Of a DNA stretch of 34,876 nt, positions 18,508-26,162 are shown piece after piece. The stretch covers positions 1-34,876 of the forward strand of contig DAIDJX010000001.1 in assembly GCA_027451165.1 (NCBI GenBank). The letters are read 5' to 3'. The notes beneath the pieces were generated by a model. That model saw only the letters and a list, made by a program, of their open reading frames with translations. It ran no database searches and was not told where the DNA came from. Numbering within the stretch: the stretch's first letter is position 1; every line of letters starts with the position of its first letter. The DNA is from Prolixibacteraceae bacterium (lineage in GTDB: Bacteria; Bacteroidota; Bacteroidia; Bacteroidales; Prolixibacteraceae). The position numbers and the translations under genes are program-made.

Positions 18508-19452
18508 TTGGCAAAAAATAACATTACAGGTAACTCTTCGATACCATTTCACATCCTCTCCGGTTTTCTCGGAAGCGGCAAGACTACGTTGATGAAGGAA
18601 ATACTGTCGCAACTGCCGGCCGGCCGGAAAACGGGCATCATCCAGAACGAATTTGCCCCGGTATCCTTTGACGGCGCTGAACTTAAAAGCACCGGCGCCG
18701 CTTTCGACCTGCTCGAAATCAACAATGGTTCCGTTTTCTGCGTTTGCCTGCTTTCCGGTTTTGTAAGCTCACTGAGTCAGTTTCTGGACCAATATTCACC
18801 CGACATACTTATTCTGGAAGCCTCAGGGTTGTCGGATACCACTTCCATCGCGGAAATACTTTCACACCCCTTATTGTCAGGCAGGCTTTATCTGGCGTCC
18901 AACTGGTGCATCGTCGATGCCGTCAATTTTCTCCGGAGCGGGAAAATGCAGCAACGGCTTATCCACCAGATCAGAATGGCTGACCGGATACTGATCAATA
19001 AAACAGATCTTGCGCCTGAGGCAGTGCCTGAAATAACAAAGCAGGTTCGTTCACTCAATCCCTTTGCTCCCATACAAACCACCACTTTCTGCCAGACAGA
19101 TTTCAAACCCGGTTTGTTACCAGTACCCCGTTTCATACCCCTGCCGGATCACGCCCTTTCTCGCCCGGAGGTATCCTCGCTGGTCATTAAAACCACACGA
19201 AAAATCCCGGAAACACGCCTGTCAGACTTTCTGAATCTTTGGGCTCCGCTTTCCTACCGGATGAAGGGTTTCGTACAGGTAAGCAACGGCGGTACGGTGG
19301 CCGTTCATTCCACCCCGGGCCAGACTGAAATCCGGCAGGTGGCCTGGTGGCCGGGTCCCACCGAACTGATGGCCATCACCGACCGGTTTACCCTCCGGGA
19401 ATGGAACCGGTCGTTCAGCGAATTTGCGGACCCAACGAATTCCGGTCGATAA
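18508..19452 (+). CDS. COG0523/CobW-family G3E P-loop GTPase (putative metallochaperone)
   Basis: GFLGSGKTT Walker A, QNEF, EINNGSVFCVC, LEASGLSD, INKTD, YRMKGF in a CobW_C-like region. The TTG start is uncertain. Confidence 0.85.
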   Translation: MAKNNITGNSSIPFHILSGFLGSGKTTLMKEILSQLPAGRKTGIIQNEFAPVSFDGAELKSTGAAFDLLEINNGSVFCVCLLSGFVSSLSQFLDQYSPDILILEASGLSDTTSIAEILSHPLLSGRLYLASNWCIVDAVNFLRSGKMQQRLIHQIRMADRILINKTDLAPEAVPEITKQVRSLNPFAPIQTTTFCQTDFKPGLLPVPRFIPLPDHALSRPEVSSLVIKTTRKIPETRLSDFLNLWAPLSYRMKGFVQVSNGGTVAVHSTPGQTEIRQVAWWPGPTELMAITDRFTLREWNRSFSEFADPTNSGR

Positions 19453-19476
19453 GGCAAACCATATCCCCCTGTAGAA

Positions 19477-19539
19477 ATTTCGGATTTCGGATCTTTGATT
19501 TCGGATTTCGGATCTTTGATTTCGGATTTTTGATTTGCC
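19477..19539 (+). repeat. Heptamer tandem array ATTTCGG-type (9 units) with a 21-bp higher-order unit
   Basis: ATTTCGG ATTTCGG ATCTTTG ATTTCGG ATTTCGG ATCTTTG ATTTCGG ATTTTTG ATTTGCC. Confidence 0.92.
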
Positions 19540-19609
19540 GGGTATGATACACAATGTTAACAATATGGAGCATTAAGGAGGTGATCTCTGTTCAGGTTGT
19601 CCTTTTTCC

Positions 19610-19617
19610 TATCTTTG
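19610..19617 (+). promoter_or_regulatory. -7 promoter box (TATCTTTG) for era-der
   Basis: Exact TAnnTTTG match 27 bp upstream of ATG 19645, which supports that ATG rather than TTG 19597 as the era start. Confidence 0.7.
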
Positions 19618-19644
19618 CAGCTGATTTTTAGTGAATTGATCGTT

Positions 19645-20529
19645 ATGGCACATAAAGCTGGTTTTGTCAACATCATCGGAAATCCCAATGTGGGTAAATC
19701 AACCATCATGAACGCCATGGTGGGTGAAAGGCTTTCCATCATTACCAGTAAAATGCAAACCACCCGTCACCGGATCAAAGGGATTGTGAATGGCGAAGAT
19801 TTTCAGATTGTCTATTCAGACACCCCCGGAATCCTCAAGCCGGTGTATAAGTTGCAGGAAACCATGATGAAGTTTGTGGATACCGCTCTTATTGATGCCG
19901 ATATCATCCTTTATGTCACTGATGTAAAGGAAGATCCCGCCAAAAACAGCGTTTACATTGAAAGAATCCGGAAGTCTGCCCTTCCCGTGATTGTACTGAT
20001 CAATAAAATTGATTTATCCAACCAGGAGGAGGTGATCCGACTGTTCAATTATTGGACGGACGTTTTTCCCGATGCCGCTATTTTTCCGGTGTCGGCCACC
20101 GAAAAATTCAACCTGAGGCCGGTTCTGGAGAAAATTATTGAGTGGCTCCCTGAAAATCCGCCCTTTTTTCCCAAGGATGAACTTACAGACCGCAGTGAAC
20201 GTTTTTTCATGCAGGAGATCATCCGGGAAAAAATCCTGCTGACCTACCAGAAAGAAATTCCTTATTCCACGGAAGTGGAAGTGGAATCCTTCCGGGAAGA
20301 AGAGGGAATCCTCCGGATCGGTGCGGTTATTTATGTGGAAAGAGATTCACAGAAAGGGATCATCATCGGAAAGGGCGGATTCGCCTTGAAAAAGGTGGGA
20401 ACCATGGCCCGTCAGGAAGCTGAAGAATTCTTCGGAAGAAAGATTTTTCTGGAACTGTTTGTGAAAATTGCCAAAGACTGGCGCGATAAAGACAGTTCCC
20501 TGAAGAAATTCGGGTACGAAGCCGAATAA
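19645..20529 (+). CDS. era: GTPase Era
   Basis: MAHKAGFVNIIGNPNVGKST, QTTR, DTPG, NKID; KH domain with EIPYS and SQKGIIIGKGG. Start moved from 19597 to ATG 19645. Confidence 0.97.
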   Translation: MAHKAGFVNIIGNPNVGKSTIMNAMVGERLSIITSKMQTTRHRIKGIVNGEDFQIVYSDTPGILKPVYKLQETMMKFVDTALIDADIILYVTDVKEDPAKNSVYIERIRKSALPVIVLINKIDLSNQEEVIRLFNYWTDVFPDAAIFPVSATEKFNLRPVLEKIIEWLPENPPFFPKDELTDRSERFFMQEIIREKILLTYQKEIPYSTEVEVESFREEEGILRIGAVIYVERDSQKGIIIGKGGFALKKVGTMARQEAEEFFGRKIFLELFVKIAKDWRDKDSSLKKFGYEAE

Positions 20530-20542
20530 ACCGCAGGTCGTC

Positions 20543-20612
20543 ATTGACCAATGACCAATGACGCGCAGCAAATGACCAATGACGCGCAGCAAATGACCAA
20601 TGACCAATGACT
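20543..20612 (+). repeat. Heptamer tandem array AATGACC-type (10 units) with a duplicated 21-bp unit, in the era-der gap
   Basis: ATTGACC AATGACC AATGACG CGCAGCA AATGACC AATGACG CGCAGCA AATGACC AATGACC AATGACT, followed by a T run. Confidence 0.92.
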
Positions 20613-20636
20613 TTTTTAATAGTTTGAGTTCAAAAT

Positions 20637-21944
20637 ATGAGTAAAATAGTTGCCATCGTAGGACGGCCAAATGTCGGGAAATCGACGCTTTTCAACCGTT
20701 TTGTGGAATCCCGGAAAGCCATTGTGGACGATGTTTCCGGAGTGACCCGTGACCGTATATACGGAAAATGTCACTGGAACGGGGTCGATTTTTCCGTCAT
20801 CGATACCGGGGGATATGTTTCCAGCCCTGAGGATGTTTTTGAAGAAGAAATCCGGAAGCAGGTACACCTGGCTCTTGAAGAATCTGACGTGGTCCTTTTC
20901 GTGGTAGATGTGGAAGCAGGAATCACCGATCTGGATGAAGGTATGGCCCAGTTACTCAGGCGTTCCGACCACAAAGTGCTGTTGGTGGTCAACAAAGTTG
21001 ATAACAATTCCCGCATGGCTGATGCCCAGGATTTTTATTCCCTTGGACTGGGGGAAATTTATCTGATCTCTTCCATGACCGGCAGTGGTACCGGAGATTT
21101 GCTTGATGAAGTCATCCGTATGCTTCCCCAGACGAAAGAGGAGGAAGAAGAGCAAATCCTGCCCAGGTTTACGGTGGTCGGAAGGCCTAATGTGGGCAAA
21201 TCTTCCTTTATCAACGCCCTCATCGGTGAAGAAAGAAACATCGTGACCGACATTGCCGGAACAACCCGGGATGCCATTCATACCCGGTACAACAAGTTTG
21301 GATATGATTTCATCATCATCGATACGGCAGGATTGCGAAAAAGAGCCAAGGTCAAGGAAGACCTTGAGTTTTATTCAGTCCTCCGCTCTGTCCGCACCAT
21401 CGAGGAATCCGATGTCTGCCTGCTCATTCTGGATGCGGAAAGGGGTATTGAAGCCCAGGATCTGGCCATTTTCAACCTGATCCAGAAAAACAAAAAAGGG
21501 TTGGTTATTCTGGTCAACAAATGGGATTTGATTGAAAAAGACAATTCTTCCGTCAACCAGTTTCAGAAAGACATTAAGGAAAGGATTGCCCCGTTTACGG
21601 ATGTACCGGTTGTTTTCATCTCTTCGCTGACCAAACAGCGTATCCATAAGGCGTTGGAAACGGCAATGCAGGTTTATCAGAACAAAAAACAAAAAATCAA
21701 AACGTCTGAGTTGAACGAGGTAATGCTGGAGGTGATTGAACGATATCCGCCACCGGCCTGGAAAGGGAAAAACATCAAGATCAAATACTGCATGCAATTG
21801 CCATCCGCAGCTCCGGGATTTGTATTTTTTGCCAACTTGCCGCAGTACATCAAGGAACCCTATAAACGTTACCTGGAAAACCAGCTCAGGGAGAAATTCC
21901 AGTTTTCCGGGGTACCTGTGCAGATTTTTTTCCGTCAAAAATAG
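20637..21944 (+). CDS. der: Ribosome biogenesis GTPase Der (EngA)
   Basis: Two GRPNVGKS G-domains, GVTRDR, DTGG, GTTRD, DTAG, NKVD and NKWD; KH-like C-terminus [11 protein letters not shown]. Confidence 0.97.
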   Translation: MSKIVAIVGRPNVGKSTLFNRFVESRKAIVDDVSGVTRDRIYGKCHWNGVDFSVIDTGGYVSSPEDVFEEEIRKQVHLALEESDVVLFVVDVEAGITDLDEGMAQLLRRSDHKVLLVVNKVDNNSRMADAQDFYSLGLGEIYLISSMTGSGTGDLLDEVIRMLPQTKEEEEEQILPRFTVVGRPNVGKSSFINALIGEERNIVTDIAGTTRDAIHTRYNKFGYDFIIIDTAGLRKRAKVKEDLEFYSVLRSVRTIEESDVCLLILDAERGIEAQDLAIFNLIQKNKKGLVILVNKWDLIEKDNSSVNQFQKDIKERIAPFTDVPVVFISSLTKQRIHKALETAMQVYQNKKQKIKTSELNEVMLEVIERYPPPAWKGKNIKIKYCMQLPSAAPGFVFFANLPQYIKEPYKRYLENQLREKFQFSGVPVQIFFRQK

Positions 21945-21946
21945 GC

Positions 21947-21954
21947 TACATTTG
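21947..21954 (+). promoter_or_regulatory. -7 promoter box (TACATTTG) for mutL-rhomboid cluster
   Basis: Exact TAnnTTTG match 2 bp after the der stop and 46 bp upstream of the mutL GTG. Confidence 0.6.
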
Positions 21955-22000
21955 GCCCAAATGATTTCAGCCGGAAATCATGATCTAAAAGAGGAGATCT

Positions 22001-23830
22001 GTGAGTGACATTATCCAGTTGTTGCCCGATTCGGTAGCGAATCAGATTGCTGCAGGGGAAGTAATCCAGCGTCCTGCATCGGTGGTCAAGGAATTGGTGG
22101 AAAATTCCCTGGATGCCGGCGCCGGGGAAATCATTATCCACATCAAGGATGCAGGGAAGACCCTGATACAGATCACGGATAACGGTTCAGGAATGTCTCC
22201 CTCTGATGCCCGTCTCTCCTTTGAACGTCATGCCACTTCCAAAATCCGCCAGGCTAATGATTTGTTTGCCATCCGGACGATGGGCTTCCGGGGAGAAGCA
22301 TTGGCCTCAGTTGCAGCCATTGCCGATGTGGAAATGCGCACCCGCCGATATGAAGATGAAACCGGTACCTACCTGCACATCATCGCCACCAATGTCATCA
22401 CCCAGGAAATGGTGGCTTGTCAGCGGGGTACTACCATTCAGGTAAAAAACCTTTTCTTTAATGTTCCTGCCCGGCGTAAATTCCTGAAGTCAGAGGCTTA
22501 TGAGTTAAAGAACATCATTTCAGAAGTGCAGCGGGTGGCCATTCCCAATCCGGAAATCGCCTTCCAGCTCTTCCACAACAATATTCTCCTGCTTGATCTT
22601 CCTGCCGGGAACCACATGAAAAGGCTGGTGGGGATTTTTGGAAAGAACATCAGCCAATGCCTCGTCCCGGTGAACAGTTCCACCTCTGTGGTGAATGTAA
22701 CAGGGTTCACGGGATTACCCAGGTTTGCCCGGAAAACCATGGGAGAACAGTTCTTTTTCGTGAACCGGCGCTACATGCGGCATCCCTGGTTTCACAAAGC
22801 CATCATGCAGGCTTATGAAAAACTGATGCCTGCCGATTCCTTTCCTTCTTACTTTCTCTTTCTGGAAACAGATCCCGGACAGATTGACATCAATGTGCAC
22901 CCGACCAAGACTGAGATTAAGTTCGAGGATGAGAATGCCATCTGGCAGATCATTCATGCGGCTGTCAGGGAAACACTGGGTAAAAACAGTATTGTCCCGT
23001 CCATCGATTTCGACCAGTCGGGCAGTATAGACATCCCACTGCCTCCCCGCCAGGGCGCCGTTGTCCCGGAGCCTTCCATATCACTGATTCCGGGGTACAA
23101 CCCCTTTCAGACACCCTTCAGACCAGAAAATTCCCAGGTGCCCACCTTCCGGAGAGACCATGAAAATCTCCCCAACTGGGATAAATTGTATGGTGACCGC
23201 AAGGAAGACGCCTCCCTTTTCAGAGGAACCACTACCCCGGAATCAGCGGGCACTGTTCCGGCATATGGCAGGAAAGCGCTGCAAATCAAACAGAAATACC
23301 TCATTCTGCCGGTGAAGTCGGGGATGATGGTCGTTGACCAGCGCAGAGCCAGGGAACGGATCCTGTATGAACGTTTCCTCGATATCCTGAAAACAGAACA
23401 TGTCGCTTCCCAGCAGATCCTGTTTCCCCAAACCTTTGAACTCCACGGAGCCGATTCAGAATTGCTGAAGGAATTGCTTCCCGATCTGACTTCCCTGGGT
23501 TTTGATATACGGGAATTCGGAAAAGATACCTGGATCATCAACGGCGTGCCGGGAGTATTGGAAGATAATTCACCGGTAACTGTAGTTGAAAAATTACTGG
23601 AGGAATTTAAAAATTCTCCCATCAATGCCCGTACCCGGTTGAAAGAACAAACGGCAGCTTCCCTGGCGAGGGCTTCCGCGATGAATTTTCAGGAAGAACT
23701 GTCCCAGGAGGAAATGCAACAACTCATAGACCAGTTGTTTGCCTGTGCTTCCCCCAATTTTACCAGCGATGGAAGAACCATCCTGACCATCATGCCGCTG
23801 GAAGAATTAGACAAATACTTCAGCAGATGA
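22001..23830 (+). CDS. mutL: DNA mismatch repair endonuclease MutL
   Basis: NQIAAGEVIQRPASVVKELVENSLDAGA, HATSK, GFRGEALAS, DINVHPTKTEIKF; C-terminal DQRRARERILYE endonuclease-type motif. Confidence 0.97.
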   Translation: MSDIIQLLPDSVANQIAAGEVIQRPASVVKELVENSLDAGAGEIIIHIKDAGKTLIQITDNGSGMSPSDARLSFERHATSKIRQANDLFAIRTMGFRGEALASVAAIADVEMRTRRYEDETGTYLHIIATNVITQEMVACQRGTTIQVKNLFFNVPARRKFLKSEAYELKNIISEVQRVAIPNPEIAFQLFHNNILLLDLPAGNHMKRLVGIFGKNISQCLVPVNSSTSVVNVTGFTGLPRFARKTMGEQFFFVNRRYMRHPWFHKAIMQAYEKLMPADSFPSYFLFLETDPGQIDINVHPTKTEIKFEDENAIWQIIHAAVRETLGKNSIVPSIDFDQSGSIDIPLPPRQGAVVPEPSISLIPGYNPFQTPFRPENSQVPTFRRDHENLPNWDKLYGDRKEDASLFRGTTTPESAGTVPAYGRKALQIKQKYLILPVKSGMMVVDQRRARERILYERFLDILKTEHVASQQILFPQTFELHGADSELLKELLPDLTSLGFDIREFGKDTWIINGVPGVLEDNSPVTVVEKLLEEFKNSPINARTRLKEQTAASLARASAMNFQEELSQEEMQQLIDQLFACASPNFTSDGRTILTIMPLEELDKYFSR

Positions 23831-23900
23831 CACAATGACGTAAAAGTAGACCGGCCTCCTTTTGGCCGGAAAATTGTTATACACGATTAAACAGTTGACT

Positions 23901-24716
23901 ATGAATCAATACAGACCCATCTTCAGGGACACACCGGTGGTCGTCAAGAATCTGATCATCATTAATGTAATAATGCTGCTGGCTACTTTCGCCCTGCAAC
24001 AGGGAGGCATTGACCTGACAGAAAGACTGGGATTGCATTACCCCGGTTCTGATAAATTCAGACTGTACCAAATCATCACCCACATGTTTATGCATGGCGG
24101 GTTCATGCACCTTTTCTTCAACATGTTTGCCCTCTGGATGTTTGGGAGAATTCTGGAAAGCGTGTGGGGCCCCAGGAGGTTCCTGGTTTACTATTTCGTG
24201 ACCGGTCTGGGCGCTGTTGCCCTGCATACCTTTGTGAATTACCTTGAAATCTCTTCCATGCAACATGCCATATCGGCTTTCAGCAATACCCCTGCCCCGG
24301 AACTCCTTGAGAAATTCGTGAACAAAAACCTTCCTTCACCAAGCAAACAGTTACTTGATTTTATCTCCAACTGGTACGATGAACCGTCCAGTTCTGCATT
24401 TGCCATTGAGGGACAAAAAGTAATGGAACAAATTGTCAGGCTGAAAATGGATATTCCGACAGTGGGCGCTTCAGGAGCAGTTTTCGGTGTTTTGCTGGCA
24501 TTCGGGATGCTCTTCCCCAATACCCAACTGATGTTGCTTTTCCCTCCCATCCCCATCAAGGCGAAGTATTTTGTAATGGCGTACGGGGTTATCGAACTTT
24601 ATTTCGGTCTGACCAACTCAGGAGGAAGCATCGCCCACTTTGCCCACCTGGGCGGAATGCTCTTCGGGTTTTTCCTGATCAAATACTGGAATAAAACAAC
24701 AAGAAATTTTTATTGA
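23901..24716 (+). CDS. Rhomboid family intramembrane serine protease
   Basis: THMFMHGGFMHLFFNM, catalytic GASG and AHFAHLGG. Start moved from TTG 23862 to ATG 23901. Confidence 0.93.
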   Translation: MNQYRPIFRDTPVVVKNLIIINVIMLLATFALQQGGIDLTERLGLHYPGSDKFRLYQIITHMFMHGGFMHLFFNMFALWMFGRILESVWGPRRFLVYYFVTGLGAVALHTFVNYLEISSMQHAISAFSNTPAPELLEKFVNKNLPSPSKQLLDFISNWYDEPSSSAFAIEGQKVMEQIVRLKMDIPTVGASGAVFGVLLAFGMLFPNTQLMLLFPPIPIKAKYFVMAYGVIELYFGLTNSGGSIAHFAHLGGMLFGFFLIKYWNKTTRNFY

Positions 24717-24729
24717 CAAATCCTAAAGT

Positions 24730-24787
24730 GTAAAGACAAGGCGCGCTTTGTCTGTTAATACAGAGACAAGGCACGCCTTGTCTCTAC
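24730..24787. repeat. Pair of 28-bp REP-like palindromes (30-bp period) between the rhomboid genes
   Basis: GTAAAGACAAGGCGCGCTTTGTCTGTTA (24730-24757) and ACAGAGACAAGGCACGCCTTGTCTCTAC (24760-24787); the second has an 11-bp perfect inverted repeat AGAGACAAGGC/GCCTTGTCTCT. Confidence 0.85.
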
Positions 24788-24811
24788 AACCAACCATATG
24801 ATTTAACATAT

Positions 24812-25684
24812 ATGGAAATCTGGAATGACATCAAAACCTCCTTTAAAGAAGGATCGGTCATCACCCGGCTGATTTACCTGAACCTGGGCATTTTCCTGCT
24901 TTTCAGGCTATTACACCTGTTCTTTTTTCTATCCGGCGCAGGTTTTAACGGTCTGATCTGGTTCGAACTTCCCGCCGGGGTCCCTCAGTTCCTGCGGCAG
25001 CCCTGGTCTTTGTTCACCTATATGTTCCTCCATTTTGACTTTTTGCACATCCTGTTTAACCTGCTGGTGTTGTATTGGTTCGGGAGAATCTTTCTCGACT
25101 ATTTCACGCAGAATCAGCTGCTGGGGCTTTACCTTTTGGGTGGGTTAACCGGCGGTTTGGTGTATATGCTGGCTTATAATCTTTTCCCGGTTTTCAGCGG
25201 GGTGATTGAAAGCTCTTATCTGCTCGGGGCATCTGCTTCTATCATAGCCATACTGATCGCTGCAGCCGTCCGTGATCCCAACCGGGACATTTATCTTTTC
25301 CTCATCGGAAGAGTACCCCTCAAATTTTTAGCCCTCTTTATGGTGCTTAGTTACATCATCGGCATATCAGTCTCCAATGCCGGCGGAAACCTGGCCCATT
25401 TGGGCGGAGTGGTAGCCGGGTGGATATTTGCCTCAGCAGCACAAAAGGGGAAAGACCTGACCTCCTTCGTTCCGGCACTTGAGAAAGGTTGGATGAAACT
25501 GATCAGGCCACGGCCAAAAATCAGTGTGATTCACAAACAACCTCCACGGGACGATTATGAATACAACCGGCAACGCATGGCCGACCACCAGGAACTGAAC
25601 AGAATTCTGGATAAAATCAGCAAAACAGGTTACGACAGCCTGACCAGATCAGAAAAGGAAATCCTCTTCAGACATGGCAAATAA
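24812..25684 (+). CDS. Second rhomboid family protease with a C-terminal soluble helical tail
   Basis: PWSLFTYMFLHFDFLHILFN, LLGASA, GNLAHLGG; tail ILDKISKTGYDSLTRSEKEILF typical of Bacteroidota rhomboids. Confidence 0.92.
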   Translation: MEIWNDIKTSFKEGSVITRLIYLNLGIFLLFRLLHLFFFLSGAGFNGLIWFELPAGVPQFLRQPWSLFTYMFLHFDFLHILFNLLVLYWFGRIFLDYFTQNQLLGLYLLGGLTGGLVYMLAYNLFPVFSGVIESSYLLGASASIIAILIAAAVRDPNRDIYLFLIGRVPLKFLALFMVLSYIIGISVSNAGGNLAHLGGVVAGWIFASAAQKGKDLTSFVPALEKGWMKLIRPRPKISVIHKQPPRDDYEYNRQRMADHQELNRILDKISKTGYDSLTRSEKEILFRHGK

Positions 25685-25711
25685 GCGCTGATTTCAGGAT
25701 TAGACCAATCG

Positions 25712-26113
25712 TTATACTTTCCAGGGCCATCTGACACACTCGCTGATTTCCGGGAAGAGCACCACATCTGCTTTCCCCTTCATGGTCAGGGTAGTCACCT
25801 CTGCGCCCACCAGCAATCCTTTGGCTCTCTCAAGCGTTTTTCCGGTCACGGAAACATCATCAACCAACAACACTTTCTTCCCGTTCAGGTTTAGTCCCTC
25901 AGGCAGGTTAATCACCAGAGGATCCTCATATCGGGGCGTATTATTTTCATCCCGGTAGTTCAGCAGGATGATTCGGAGCTCCGTATTCAGGATAAAGGCC
26001 AGCAGGGAGGCCGGCACAATTCCACCGTTCCCGATGCCAATCACCAGGTCGTATGCAGGAAGTTGTTGTTGCCTTATTCTTTCAGCTATGGATGTAAAGG
26101 ATAGTGGGATCAT
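25712..26113 (-). CDS. Small type I phosphoribosyltransferase (Gpt/Hpt-like)
   Basis: IGIGNGGIVPA, PRPP-binding loop VLLVDDVSVTGKTL, terminal WPW; only 133 aa. Confidence 0.82.
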   Translation of the reverse strand: MIPLSFTSIAERIRQQQLPAYDLVIGIGNGGIVPASLLAFILNTELRIILLNYRDENNTPRYEDPLVINLPEGLNLNGKKVLLVDDVSVTGKTLERAKGLLVGAEVTTLTMKGKADVVLFPEISECVRWPWKV

Positions 26114-26120
26114 GAATGTA

Positions 26121-26162
26121 TAACTGTTAGTCGTTAAATGTTTTTCGTTTGTTGTTCAGGGT
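26121..26162 (-). repeat. Degenerate heptamer array (ACnnnnA, 6 units) starting at the histidine kinase stop codon
   Basis: Minus strand reads ACCCTGA ACAACAA ACGAAAA ACATTTA ACGACTA ACAGTTA; AAC recurs every 7 bp. Confidence 0.55.

Noticed and set aside
19222-19563. 113-aa minus-strand ORF with KIRNQRSEIRNQRSEIRN repeats
   Set aside because: The peptide repeat is just the translation of the heptamer array, and the rest is antisense to the CobW-like gene.
19597-19644. 16-aa N-terminal extension of Era from TTG 19597
   Set aside because: It spans the -7 promoter box; the Era-like sequence begins at MAHKAGFV (19645).
20543-20612. Possible mini-CRISPR (repeat-spacer-like alternation)
   Set aside because: Units are 7/21 bp, the apparent spacers are identical 7-mers, and there are no cas genes; it is a tandem repeat.
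20347-20670. 107-aa minus-strand ORF with VIGHLLR repeats
   Set aside because: Artefact of the 21-bp repeat; antisense to era and der.
23851-23869. GC hairpin CCGGCC-N7-GGCCGG after mutL as an intrinsic terminator
   Set aside because: No U-tract follows on the coding strand, and the downstream rhomboid is likely co-transcribed; at most a stability hairpin.
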